The notes under the pieces: generated by a model | Told to the model about the DNA's origin: nothing | The model's database searches: none | What the model saw: the letters and a program-made list of their open reading frames with translations, nothing else | Position numbers and translations under genes: made by a program | In this document: piece by piece, positions 38,379 through 56,608 of the stretch | Position numbering within the stretch: the first letter of the stretch is position 1 | Layout: every line of letters begins with the position of its first letter | Source of the DNA: Moniliella sp. 'wahieum' | Taxonomy: Eukaryota | Length of the DNA stretch: 63,740 nucleotides | Direction: 5' to 3' | Assembly: GCA_003971905.1 (NCBI GenBank) | Contig: RSEE01000149.1 | Location: 62,001 to 125,740, forward strand

Positions 38379-38420
38379 TGATTAATGACGCGCGACGCGT
38401 GACGCATGATGCATGACGCG
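38379..38420. promoter_or_regulatory. In-register (TGA-N4)x6 array upstream of SRP40; function unknown
   Basis: TGA-TTAA TGA-CGCG CGA-CGCG TGA-CGCA TGA-TGCA TGA-CGCG; the regulatory role is inferred only from position. Confidence 0.5.
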
Positions 38421-39259
38421 CAGGACGAAGATGTCGCCGTTTCTGTGCTTTTCTTCATCCACACACGGCGCATACAATATCGCTCCGCCGTGGTGTAGGA
38501 GCAGAGGCCACGGCGGGCAAAGAAAGCTAGGCGGATAGTTAAAGAAGCGAGGGACGTAGGATAACCCACTCATGTCGCCAGCAGCGCGCAGCTAATCCTA
38601 GCTGCCGCAGTGGCTAACCAACACACAAACTTTTTATGTAGCCTTCCCTAGAGCGGCCTCGTAAGGGCGAAATATTTTCCCCTGCTGTTGTCCATTCTTT
38701 GGGTCGCGCCCCGTCTCTCACCATGGGGTATTACCGGCGATCCTTGCTTGCTTCGAGTCGACCATTGAGATGCCAGCAGGCCTGCTATACTGGCACATAC
38801 ACAACAAGTGCATGTGACGCTAGTGATGGCATCACGGGGTGGCCCGTGCGTTTGGCCATCAAGGTCCTCTTCGTCGGCTCACAATGACTTTCAGCTTCAG
38901 GCCAAAAGGGATATCTCCGTGTGTTTCTCGCGTCTGGTTTCCAATATCTGCAACCGCAGGCAGGGTGGCGCCTAGTCTCGATGCCCGTGGAGGTGTCCGG
39001 CGGCTGGTCTAGAACACCCCCCACAACCACCTTAGGTGCAATTGCATCGCCCTTGACGGCCATCAAGTCCAGGACTCCCAGCCCTCAACACCGCCGAGTG
39101 GCATCATACTATGAGATGCACTGAGATCTAACGTCTGAGCTGTGCAGATTGATGCGAAGAATAGATGTCGGTGGCATTTCTGATACGAGCGAATTACGAA
39201 CAGAGAGGAACAGTAAGCGATGTTCCATAGGGGACGTCCGCAAGTGAGAGTGAGAGGAT

Positions 39260-40830
39260 CTACCCCCCAAGGGCGTCTAACAACCAAACATAATGCCCAC
39301 TTTTAAGGAGAGGAGAAGAAGAAGAACTAGGATATAGACAGGATCGGGGTCCGAGGTTAGGCTTCCAGTGGAGGGACGTTGTCTTCTCGTACTCTTCGGG
39401 GGTACTATGGTGATCAACCGTGGGGGTGATGTCGTCGGGGGAGTGGGAGGCAATGCTGATGCCCGAATGGGGATCTTGCACATCCTCAGTGGCCATGGGT
39501 TGGTACATTGCCTCTTCCCCCACTTGGGCCAGGTCAATGCCCAGCAACTCATCCTCCTCTGTCACGCGGAAGTGACAATAGGGAATGCGATCAATCGCAA
39601 ACAACAAAATCATGGTCACCACAAAACTCCAACCTACGCCGTAGCACGAGTCGGCGATTTGGTACCCGAGCTGGATGTAGTGGTGGTTGATCCACCCGCC
39701 CGGAATGGGGGTGGAGAGGTCAAAGGATGCCACGCGATTGTCGGCAAACAAGCCGGTCAGCACGTTGCCCACCACGCCGCCAATCGCATGCGCGGCAAAA
39801 ATGTCAAGCGAATCGTCAATCTGAAGCAAAGACTTGATCCCCGTACCAAAGTTGCACGCCGTCGCACCTACCACGCCAAACACGAGACTGGACGGGGTGG
39901 AAACGTACCCGCTCGCAGGGGTGATGGCCACCAGGCCACTGATCACACCCGAGCAAAACCCCACCGCGGACCATTTGCGCTCCAACCGGTAGTCCCACAG
40001 CATCCACGTCACCCCGCCCACGGAAGCAGCTACAATGGTGACCATTGAAGCCTGCACCGCACGCAGGTTGGCGCCCAAGGCCGAGCCGCCATTGAACCCG
40101 ATCCAGCCCACCCAAAGAAAGACGGTACCGAGAACAACGTGGGAAACATTGTAGGGCCGATAGGCGAGGCGGTCCGTGCCGTATCCACTTCGTTTTCCCA
40201 GGAACATACTGATCGCCAGCGCACCGACGCCCGAGGTAGTATGCACAGGCGTTCCACCGGCAAAGTCGAGCCCACCCATATTGTTGGACCAGCCCACGCC
40301 AACGTTCCAGGTAGCGTTGGCGATCGGGTTGTAGACAATGGTAGACCAGCAAAAGGCAAAGAGCAGCATGGGTCCTAGCCGTGCACGATCGGCAAAGGCC
40401 CCGCACGCAATGACGGGCGTGATGGCGGCAAACATGCCCTGGTACAGACAAAACAGCAGTTGGGGGATGGCGGTCGACCCCGACGAAGGTTGGAGATCGA
40501 CATTGATCAAGCCAAAGTGTTTGAGGTCGCCAATGAAGCCGCTGCCAGTGGGGAGAAGGCGAGAGAAAAGCCCCAGAAGAACCACTCAAAGAAGACGACA
40601 GCCATTACCGCCACACTCATCCAGATCATCGACAGAGCATTCTTGCGCCGCAGCAGACCGCCGTAAAAGTAGCCCAGACCGGGGATCATGAGCATGACGA
40701 GAGCCGAGGCGGTGATCATCCAGGCCAGGTCGCCTAGGTTGTACACCATCTCGGCTCCGTCGACCCAGAAGGAAATGTTGCCGTCGGGAGTGAGGCTTGC
40801 GTTGTAGGTGGCAGCGATGTTGGACCCCAT
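39260..40830 (-). CDS. Ammonium transporter, Amt/Mep family, twin-His type; 3' end uncertain
   Basis: GDLAWMITASALVMLMIPGLGYFYGGLLRRKNAL, DFAGGTPVH, WIGFNGGSA, GLVAITPASGY, DDSLDIFAAHAIGG. Confidence 0.95.
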
Positions 40831-42271
40831 TGGGACGTGGGTGTTGGTGGCGGGGGAAGGAGAGGGGGAGAACGCCAAGGCCGGACGAAGATCAACGCTA
40901 TGGATGCAAGAATGGGCTGCTGCCCAAACCAACTGATGGTACTGAAGAGTCGCCGGAAGCCTGGCCAGCTCGACTGCTGCTGGGCGCCGTCGAGACACAA
41001 AGCTGGAGCGGGGGGTGGCAAGCGACATGCAGAAGGCGGGGAGACTGACCCTCTGCCTGCGTCCGAACGGACGGACGACGGGCGGGAGAGGTGGCGCGTG
41101 CGAAACTGCCTGGGCGGCAGCAGGCCAGGAGGCAGGATATACGTTTTGTATGTGGTGGCAGCCCATCCGTACGTTAGATAAGAGGCGCCCGCTTATCGAT
41201 CCAGCACGCCTGTCTCACTCCCACCAGCAGTCGCCACCGGCCACACTGCCGCCGTGCCCCACCCGCCGACGCGCCGCCCGTCCCCCGTCCCGCATCCCCG
41301 TCCAACGTCCAACGCCATGTCCACCGTCCAACGCCAGTCAGGCCTCAGGGCACTGCACAGAGTTATATATACTGACAGAGCGCATTAGTATGAAATCCGT
41401 GGTGGGGGCAGAGAGGAGAGCCACGCCACCCCCCTTCGCTCTTCGGCAGGGCTCTACGCCGCTGGCGTTCCTATTCATCGATATCTGCCAAAGGTACAAG
41501 AACCGCAGCCGTCGCGGGTGTGATGCTTTTATACAGGGACACTTTTGTTGGTGTGTGGAGCACCGCACTTGGGGTTGGAGCTTCACATGCTCGTCACAGT
41601 CACATGTTACAGCCAACCTGATCGACCCCCTGGACACCAGAGACTTGTGACCGGGCGGTGACCGGCTGTGACCTGTGATGAAGAGGAAAACAATCATAAA
41701 AGCGAAACGTGATCACGGTGAGTTTCTTTTGAACGTTGAACCAAGAATGAGATGGGGGTGCGGACGATCGGGCGAGCAACATGCTTCGACCCACGAACGA
41801 GGGGACGGGCGGTGCAGTTGAGGGAGGGGAGGCAGCTAGTCAGGCGTCATGCGCAGGCGGGTGACGTGGCGAGGGCGAGAAGGCCGGACTGCCGCGGTGC
41901 GGGCGGCAAGGGGTGGGGCGTGCGTGCGCTGTGACATGTGACACGTGAGGGGAGGGCGAGGCGGGCGGGGCGGCGGGGCGGAAGGGGGCGGATTCCGCGC
42001 GGGCGCGTGTGTGGACACATGGGCGCATGGGCGCCAGAGCGTGGAGGGTTGCATGTTACACTAGTCAGCATTTCGCCTGCCCATCCATCCGCAAGGAGTA
42101 AGGAGCATCAGCCATCGGCATCCGCTCAGCCTCAGCCGCCACCGCCTCGCTTCCACGTCCGTCCCCGCGGCCCTCCTCTCTGGCTGCGCTCACCTTCTCG
42201 CCGCCGCTGCTGCCTCTGCCGCCTCCGCCACTGCCTCCACTCCCGCCGCCACTCCCGCCGCTGCCTCCGCC

Positions 42272-44913
42272 ATGGGCTCGGCCAGCGCACCGGCCACCCC
42301 CGCCGGCCACCCGTCCCGCTTCCTTGGCCGCACCCCACCCCCACTGCCCACCACCGCCGCCCCCTCCCCGCCGCCCCCGCTCTCCTCTCTCGCCGGCATC
42401 TCCCCCGCCTGCTCCCCCAGCGCCGCAAGGGCTCCCATGCCGCCTCCCGCTCCCAGCCCGACCTTCTTCGCACCAGCCGCCCCGCCAGCTCCACCTCTCT
42501 CGACGACGACCCCCCACTCCGCCCAGCTCGCCCGCATCCAGCACACCCTCGCCGCCGACACCCAGCTGGTCCGTGTCCTGGACGATGCGACGGGCGAGGT
42601 GGTCGACCTGCAGCTGGACCGCTCCGAGGCCTACCCGCGCCTCGCCCCGCACGCTATCCGCCCCGCCTCGCCCTTCCGCATCCCCCCGCCCGAGGAGGAG
42701 CAGGCGGCCTGGATCCCGCGCCTCGACGTGCTCAGCCGCCTGCAGAAGCTGCGCGCCAGCAGTGCCACTCCGGCGGACGACTCGTGCGATCCCAGCTCAC
42801 CGCCCAGCCAACCCGTCCAGCCCGCCGCCGCCGCAGAGGAGGAAACCGAGGAGTTGGTCCCACCGCCCCGCGCTCAGTCTGCGCCGTACAACCCCGTCCA
42901 CCTGCCCAATCGCACCTCCACCTCCGACTCGGCTAGCACCATTGCCCATGCCTCCTCCGCCTCGCCCAGTCTCCGGGCCAGCACTTCCTCCCTCTCTCTG
43001 CGCGCGCTCTCCTATCTGCGCCCCTTGGGCTGGAACCCGTTCCACCGCCGCATTTCAGGAGGCAGCTCCATCCCCACTTCCTTCTCCCGCTCCCGAACCT
43101 CCCTGGCAACCAGTGATCGTTCCCACCCTCCGACCCGCTCAACGGGGCGGCTGCCCAGTTGGTCGTCCAACCGCCTCCGGGCGCAAGCCAGGGCCGCCTG
43201 TCCCCTATTATTGGCTCGGCCAATCCTGTCTCGCCACCGCCGACGGTACATACCGGCGACGCCTCTTTTGACCAGGAAGCGAACGCTAATGCGCAGCGCA
43301 TGTACCGTGCTCGACGTGGGCGGAAAGAAGAAGCGCGAGATCCGCGGGGCAAGGGTCAACTGATCGATGCTGGGCATGCCAATTATGTGCTGATGTACCA
43401 CATGCTGACGGGGATTCGCATTGCCGTATCCCGCGCACAGCACCGCCCCCGCGCCCCCGCTTGACCGAGAGCGATTTTCGCTCCCAGCATAAGTTTACCT
43501 TTGACATTGTGGGCAACGAGTTGGAGCCAGGAAGGGCGCAGTATGCGTTTGCGTTCAAGGATTATGCGGGCCCGATCTTTCGGTCGTTGCGGGAACACTT
43601 TAAGTTGGACACGGCGGATTATCTGTTGAGTTTGACAAGCAAGTACCTCCTCTCGGAGCTTGGATCACCAGGTAAGAGCGGGTCCTTCTTCTACTACTCG
43701 GGTGACTATCGATTCATCATCAAGACCATCCGCCGGGTGGAACATGCATTTCTACTTTCCATCTTACCTGCCTACCACGAGCATGTGGAGCACAACCCAA
43801 ACACGCTGCTCAGCCGCTTTTATGGCCTGCACCGGGTCAAGCTCCCGGGCGGGAAAAAAGTGCATTTCGTCGTGATGAACAATCTCTTCCCCCCGCACAT
43901 GGACATTCACGAGACGTACGACCTTAAGGGCTCCACTGCCGGGCGCGAATTCCCCGAAGAGACGCTCAAGGAAAAGAAAGGCGGGCCTGGGGCAATGGGG
44001 GTGGTGATGAAGGACTTGAACTGGTTACGACGTGGGCGCAAGATCCTTCTTCCCGAGGCCAAGCGCCAAGCGTTTGAGGCGCAACTGAGACGGGATGTGG
44101 CGCTGTTGTCACGTTACGGATCATGGACTATTCTCTGTTGATTGGCATCCACGATTTGCAGCGGGGCAACAAGGAAAATCTACGTCAGGAAGGGTTGCAC
44201 CTGTTCCAAGCGGATGCCCGCACGCCCACGACCGCGCTCCGGATGGCTGTGACACGGTCGGACCCCACCCCTCGCTGAGCTACACTGGAGCCGACCTGCG
44301 CCACACGACGTTCTACAGCGAAGAAGGCGGCACCCGGTCCGTCGGCGGCGGCGAGATCTACTTTATGGGGCTCATCGATCTCTTTACTTCGTACAACTCG
44401 ATCAAACGTGGCGAGCACCTGTACAAGACGGTGACCACCCCAGATTCCACCTCCATCTCGGCATTGCCTCCGGCCGCGTACGCCCAACGTTTCCTCGCTT
44501 TCATCCTTACTGCCACCGACCCCCAGGCCGAATGGACACGGCCCCCTTCCTGGCCCTTGTTGCTACCCAGCTTCTCTGGAACACGCAGCACACCTCGCCT
44601 CCCCATGCTCTCCTCCCGTCAACCTACACCTACCATGTCCCTCGCTTCCCTCGCCTCCATCGCGCCCGCCAGGCATACCGATTCTTCCACGCCCACCCAC
44701 TCCGATCGGGATCCCATTCCCACCTCCACCTCCAATCCCAATTCCAACTCCAATCCCACTCTCGATCCCAATCCCCATCCCCATCCCCATCCCAACCCCG
44801 ATTCCAATTCCCAGCCCAATTCCCAGCCCAATCAACTACCTACACCTACCGCGCGGCACACGCGACCTCGATCGCGATCGCTTGGCCCGGCCCGGTCGCT
44901 CTGGACAAGCTAG
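42272..44913 (+). CDS. MSS4: Phosphatidylinositol-4-phosphate 5-kinase
   Basis: MLTGIRIAVSR, FKDYA, ELGSPGKSGSFFYYSGDYRFIIKTI, VMNNLF, YDLKGS, MDYSLL (shifted frame), YFMGLID; start approximate. Confidence 0.92.
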
Positions 44914-47900
44914 TTCCCATCCCTTGCCCCTTGCTCCCTTGCCCCTTGTCCCTTCCTTGCCATCCATTTTTGTTGCTCGCCGGTGTGCGGCTCGGTACCA
45001 GCGGTACGCGGTACCGGGTTCGTTCGCACCGGCTCGGAACCCCTTCTCTCCTTCTCTCCTTGCCCCTTTCCCACGAGTCGCGTGCTACGTGACATGGACA
45101 TGTGATCATATGACATTTTTCATCTGAAAGTACGAGGCACTAGGTACTTGGTTGCGCCTCAGGCCTCATGATCATCGTCCCCTCCCACCGACGGTGGGAG
45201 TGGGACGCACATATATACATCCATCCATCCATCCATCCATACAAGCTATTCTTCTGCATTGAGCATCCCCCCCCCCCTCCTACTGCTATTACTGGCTGGG
45301 CGGATGAGCGGGAAGGTGGTGGTGGCTAACCTAGAAATCTAGGTTTGCAGGTGCGCTGTCCGGGGTTCCAGATTTCTGGTGTAGGTCTCAATAAGGCCTT
45401 AGGACATGGGTGCACGGTAAAGTTCCAGCGACGCACAGGCCAAATCAATGAATTGATTGATTGAATCGCAGGCCTACTGCCCGGTGGGCGATGTGTGACC
45501 ATGTGACCCCCCAATCGTGGATCTAGTACTAGCATCTGCTGCGGAGGCAAAGGCAAAGGCAATGGCAACAGGCCCGTTGCACCGACCCTGCGCCCCAGCC
45601 TGGACTGTGCGCTCGGACCGCCCGGCTCCTTCTCAAAGCGGAGGCGCCGTTGAACATTGCAAAACCCACCCCTGTGGCCTCCAGGTTGCAGTTTCAGTTG
45701 TGCGTTTCTCTCGCCACATGCCCTGGTCGACTGGCTGGCTAGCCGGCTGGGGCGGATAGCGGTTGCCGCTCAGGCTGAGCGCAGACGGAAACGCCGAGCC
45801 AATAGCGTTTGGCATTCCACGTTCCGCCAACCAGCTTCGCCCGACGGGTGTGTGCTTCGGAGAAGCCGTGCGGGGCGGCGCAGATGAAGTTACTCTGTGG
45901 CGGAGGAGGACGCTGCTTGCCACTTGGCTCTGAGCACTTGGCTCTGAGCACTTGGCTCTGGGCGTGTACCGTGTACCGCCACCACGTCTGAGTGAGACGT
46001 GGGTCGCGAAGAGAGACAAGGTGGTACTACCGTGCTACCGTGGCGACGGGACTGATGCAGCGTTGGTGGCATGGCATGGCAAGCTTTCGTTGAGTGGCTC
46101 ACTTTGGTGACCGTACCTCGCTACGAGCCACCACAGATGGAAGGTCCGCTAGCTTCCTTACTCATACGTTCCTCCCCCTCCTCCTCTGCGACGAATGGAG
46201 AGACTGAGGGGGGAAGGCGAGCAGAGCAGTAGAAAGGTATACTCTTCTACCAGTGGGTTTATATCATGTTGCCAGAGCAGAGCCTTTGTCTCTCATATAC
46301 AATCCCTTTGGCCTCCAGCCTTTGTCTCTTCCTCAAGACGAGCCTTTGTCTCCTTCCCCCTTTTTGGCCCCTTTCCCCAGCCTGCTCTTCGTACCTTAAC
46401 AATATGGCCTCGATCGTACGTCCCTGTTCGCATCTCCTATCTTATGCCGCGCCGACCTGGGCGAGGCAAAAGAGAAACGGAAGCTGACTGAACAGGTGCC
46501 TCATTTGCCTCACATCGCACACCGTATTCTCATTAGATCGATTCGGTTTTCTGCCCTTCCTGTGGCACCTCTACCCCTTCTTCGGTATCTGGTGGACCAT
46601 CCCATTGCTCCATTTGCTACAAATGCTTTGGTTCTGCGTAGCCTCTCCACCAGCTCGAAGCCCCCCCCCCCCACTGGTCACTAGTCACCGGTCATTAGCC
46701 ATCCGGAACCAACAGCCCCAAGCCACGGATCTCACAAGTCGCACCGGTCTCAGGGTCTCTCACGAGCTACGTCGGGACGGCATGACAACGTCGGACGACC
46801 GAGATGGGGAGAACAAAGAGGCAACACGCAACAAAAAAAAAGATCCCAAAGGGTCTCTCTCTCAAGTCACTAGTCAGGGTTGCATATGGTTGTACTATAT
46901 CATCTCTCTCTTCCTTGTTACGGATTTTGAAGGGGGTACACGGCTGTTATACCCATTGCACGTTACCATGCCTGTGCTGTTACGCGTACAGTCACCATGC
47001 CCCCCCCCCTCTCCCTCTCCATCCTCATCTGTCCCGCGCGCGATTTGATGCGGTGGATCAATCTGGTGTATTGTTAGCAATGTACTCTAGTGGCCTTTGG
47101 AAGCAAGGCAAAGGAAGAGTGTACGTCTCGTGTATCCATATCAGTTACCGTGATTCAGGCTGCTCGGACCGAACGATGAAACACTAAGTCAGTATATATA
47201 TCAGGTTCGCTCATTCTCAGAGTGTGTGCGGTGTTTGCTCGTACCACTCACACTGGTTCCTACTAACACCCACAGGCCATAGACCAAGATGCGATTCTCC
47301 AGTAGTATCCACTGATCCGTCCCCCATGGACCCAACATGTTCGATCCAATGTGATTGTACGCAAAATATCGGGGCTTGTGGGAAACCCGAAGAGCGTCCA
47401 GAGAGAAGGACGATACGGCTTTGGGGCAAACCCCAATAGTCGGAGACTTTGGCAAGGGCAAGCTGAGATGCACGTGGGCCACGCCACTGGCCAGGGCGAG
47501 CATCACTGCAGATGGAGGCCTATATTCAAAAGATCAGATACTGTTCCACGCCACACAATATATATGCTTCAAAGGAAAGGGATGCCAGACGACACAAAAC
47601 AACCATGTCCTTCAGTAATTCTATAGCAGTCGACGCAGGTTGTGTGTTTGGACTATTACAGGCTCACCGACCCGTGCCAAGCCCGTGCGTATACGGACCA
47701 CTGCCATGTCCATCGTTACACGCATTGTGATCTCGGTCCGCGTCATGTTGGATGAACAGTGAAAAGGTATATAAATCGGCCCGCTCGAGCCTTCTCTCTT
47801 CTCCCCCTACTAATAACACATCTTGTTTTCTGAGATCAGCCATATACGCACTGCACCATCTACTACTATTACATACGATTCCAGTTTCTTGACCGGCATT

Positions 47901-48205
47901 CAAGGTATCTATCCCCGTAGGGGGGAAAGATTAATGATGCAATGATGCCCACACACGCGGTCTTGGTCAGCCTGTGCGGCGTCGGCTTTAATTGGCAGCG
48001 GGCGCGGTCAGCGAGCCTTTTCGCTTGACCTTCAATATTGACTCTCCCGGAGCTCATGGGCTGCTACCTGCCTGAATCTGGACGGGGTCCGACCGGTTTC
48101 TGTGGGTTGAGCACAAAACGAAGAGCCTACAACAGCGAAGATGGTGTGGCGGCGATGATGGTGATGGGTTGGTTTCGTCACTGAGAAAAAGTGGGGTAAA
48201 AAAGT

Positions 48206-48291
48206 GGGGTACGCCCGGGATTGAACCGAGGACCTCTTCCAAGATGAGAATTGTACCCAAAGGAAGCATGATACCACTACACCACGTACCC
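48206..48291 (-). tRNA. tRNA-Pro(TGG) with 14-nt intron
   Basis: GGGTACGTGGTGTAGTGG...CTTCC-TT-TGG-G[intron]T-GGAAG...GGTTCAATCC..CGTACCCC followed by T-runs. Confidence 0.93.
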
Positions 48292-48570
48292 GACTGATGA
48301 GGGCGTTGCAGTAGTGTCTTTAGGCCTGTCTGTAGCACGTCAAATCAGAATGGTCTGTCGGAGGACACTTGCCCTCTTTGTCCTTCTTGTTTGTCTTTTG
48401 CGCCACGTATTCGCAATGCCCCGCATGGATGCGGTGCAGATATCACCCATCGTAGTTCATATACATCACCCATCCCACGTGCCCTTCTCGGCCCCACACG
48501 ACGCCGTGCGCCAAACCCGCAACAACGGGGGCACAACCCCTCAGGCCTCAACCCCCCCACCTTCCACACA

Positions 48571-49155
48571 ATGGCCACCCTCTGGATCATCAACAAAGCC
48601 GGCGGTCTGATCTACACGGGCGGCATGCGCAGCCGCACTTAAGCTCCAACGACGCGCTCGTGTTGGCCGGGACGTTGCATGGCGTGCATGCCATCACGGC
48701 GCGCTTGGCCCCTGCCGAAACCGAAGCAAGCGGGACGAGTGGGGACAAAGCGGATGCGACTTTGACTGCGGCGGCGGCGCGTCGCACGCGCACCCGCACG
48801 CGACCAGTAAGAGCTCCAGCACGAACACGGGCAGGGGCATGAGTATGAGCGGAGAAGGCGGCATGACGCAACTTCAAGCGTCGGACTTTGATTTGACCTT
48901 CCTAGCTCCCTGTACGGGACTGAAATTCGTGCTTCTTACCCCGCGCCAAATGGGCGGGCAGGAGGAACTCGTCGTCCTACCCCCCGTCCAGCCACCGGCA
49001 CCGACGTGTTGCAAGACTGTTACGAAGCGTATGCCGATACCGTGATGCGCAACCCGTTCTATACCCCAGAGATGCCCATTCGCATCGAAGCGTTCGATCA
49101 GAGGATAACGACTATCTTGGGTTGTGACGGGGAAGCGTCAGGCCTCAGGGGTTAA
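48571..49155 (+). CDS. TRS23: TRAPP complex subunit Trs23 (sybindin family); frameshifted
   Basis: LWIINKAGGLIY, SSNDALVLAGTLHGVHAI, TGLKFVLLT, YEAYADTVMRNPFYTPEMPIRIEAFD. Confidence 0.92.
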
Positions 49156-49616
49156 GGGTTAAGGGTTAGGGGTTGTGCGCCGTGGCTGTTGTGGTGCCCC
49201 AATGCGGTTCGGCCCGCCTGTTCTCTTGCCCCTTGGGCCTTGGGCCATCAACGCTGCTCCGTGGTCTGGCACACCCTCTGTCCTACCGAGTCCCACCCCC
49301 TCCTCATTGCAATCCAATCCGTTGGCAAGAGGCCACTACATACATAGGGAGGCAAGACCATCGGGCAGACCTGAGAGAAGGCGATGCTAGCCATTTTCCG
49401 GCACGCCGTCATGCGTCACTGCCAAGAGTACATAAAAGTGGGAGGATGCATCCAAGGGAAAGGGGAGGGAGAAAGAAGGGGATGAAGGGATAGGAAAGAG
49501 GGGGGGTGGCAGAGCCGCGAGCTCCCGGACAGAGACATCGAATGGTGTGTATGTGGGTAGGGGAAGGTGAAGTTGAGGGGGGGGAGGATCAAAAGTGGGA
49601 CAAAATGGATCATGGA

Positions 49617-50825
49617 TCAAGATTGGGCGCACTGGACCTGCGGTCCCGCACCACCATCTTCGTCCTCGTCCATGTCAACGTCGCCGTTGGTCGCCCTGGC
49701 ATTCCGTTCCCCCGTTCGTCCATTTTCTCCATGACGACAGGCTCGAGGTCAATGTCATTGCCCACCTTTTCCGGCGCAACACGAGGCGGCAGCGCCTTGT
49801 CCAAAAACGCAATCTTATCTTCCGGGATCGAGTCGGGAAAGGTGACCGATACGTTGACGTACAGGTCGCCCATCTCGTGGTGTCGGTACGAAGGCATGCC
49901 CTGCCCACGCAGCACCTTGGTCTCCCGGGTTTCACCACCTCCCCGCGCGGGATCTCAATTGCCAACGCGTGTCGTCCAGGTGGGGAATGTTGATCTGTCC
50001 ACCACAAGGGCGGTGAGGAGGTCAATCTGCACATCGGTCATGAGGTTCGTTCTTTCTCCGCTTGAAACGGGGGTGGGGCTTCTCTTCCACCACAATCACC
50101 ACGTCGCCCGGGATGGTGTTAGGAGCTTGGTCTGCTTCCTCTTTGAAAGTGATCTGTTGACCATCTTCCATGCCCTTGTCGATTCGCACCTCGAGCACCT
50201 TACGCTCCTGCGTAACCTTTTTGCCATTGCACACCTTGCACTTGTTCTTGGGGTCAATCTGCTCGCCTGTGCCTGACAGTCGGGGCAGGTCTGCTGCAGC
50301 TGTTGGATCATCGGGCCATCTGGCGCATGACAACTTGACTCCTTGTCCATGGCAGCCGGGGCAAGACTGGACCGCGCCTTCTTTGCCGCCCAGGCCATGG
50401 CAAGCATGGCAAATGACGTGCTTCTTGCAACGCCAGCTTGGTCGTTTTGCCATTGTACAATTCCTCGAGGGTGACCTTGACGCGATGCACCAAGTCTTTG
50501 CCCTTTCGTGGGCCTTGCGGCCGGCCTGATCCAGCACCAAACATGCCGCCACGACCGCCAAGAGCTGGGAGAAGAGGTCGGAGGGGTCCATGCCGCCCAT
50601 GCCGCCCGCCGTCCTTGAGACCCTCCTCGCCAAAGCGGTCGTAGAGGTCGCGCTTGTCGGGTCGGACAGGACGTCGTAGGCAGAGGTGCTCTTTGAACAC
50701 CTCGGGTCACCGCCCTTGTCCGGGTGGGCAGAGAGGGCCTTTTTGCGGTAGGCCTTTTTGAGCTCGGCCTCGGACGCGCCGGGAGCGACACCGAGAATGT
50801 CGTACAGTTTGGTTTCCTTGGCCAT
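49617..50825 (-). CDS. YDJ1: Type I Hsp40/DnaJ co-chaperone with CaaX box
   Basis: MAKETKLYDILGV, HPDK, four CxxCxGxG zinc-finger motifs, GQGMPSYRHHEMGDLY, C-terminal VQCAQS*. Confidence 0.93.
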
Positions 50826-51530
50826 GGCGGGGCGGGTGGGTATACGGGGGGGTGGGGGTGGGCGTGCGGGAGAGGAAAACGCTGCGGCACAAGTAGTGTG
50901 GGCCGGGCGGAAGCGAGGGCTGCTGACCAAGACGGGCGGAGGATGGGCGCTGGGCGCAGGCAGCGGGATGTGCCTGCATGCTGCATGCGCCCGACACCCG
51001 CCGCTCGCCGCGAGGGGGTCCAGTGAGCATCACCCGTCCCACTCGCCCGCAGCACGGCGAAGAGGCGACAGCCACGCGGCACAGCCCCCGTGCCCTCTTC
51101 CTCCCTGCCGCCACGGCTTCGGCCAGCTTCCAGCCGCCCACGGCCGCCCCCACGGCCAGTGTTCCCCTGCCGCTGCCGCCATCGACCATCGACATTGTTT
51201 GTCACCTCCGGCCTCCCGGCCCCGAGTTTCAGCCACCAGAGTGGTCACGTGCGGCAATGCGCTCACATGCCCCCTCGGCGCCGCTGTTTCCGCTACGGAA
51301 CCATGCCGATCCGGGAGCCCGCCAGGGCGTCTGATGCTCTCACCTGTTACCTGTCGCGTGGCATGTCGCGTGGCTCTCCTGCCCTTCCCCATGGCCGCCG
51401 CTCTCATTTCTCCCCTGGCCGGGAACCCTCGTCTACCTTCTCACGATCCCCTGATCTACCAACTCCAACCAGACATTTGCAGTGACTAGTGACGGCAGCA
51501 CATGCCATGACATGCATATACACAGAACAA

Positions 51531-56608
<5,078 letters not shown>

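Noticed and set aside
49149..49172. Interstitial telomere
   Set aside because: Only about 3 imperfect TTA(A)GGG units in a gene-dense region
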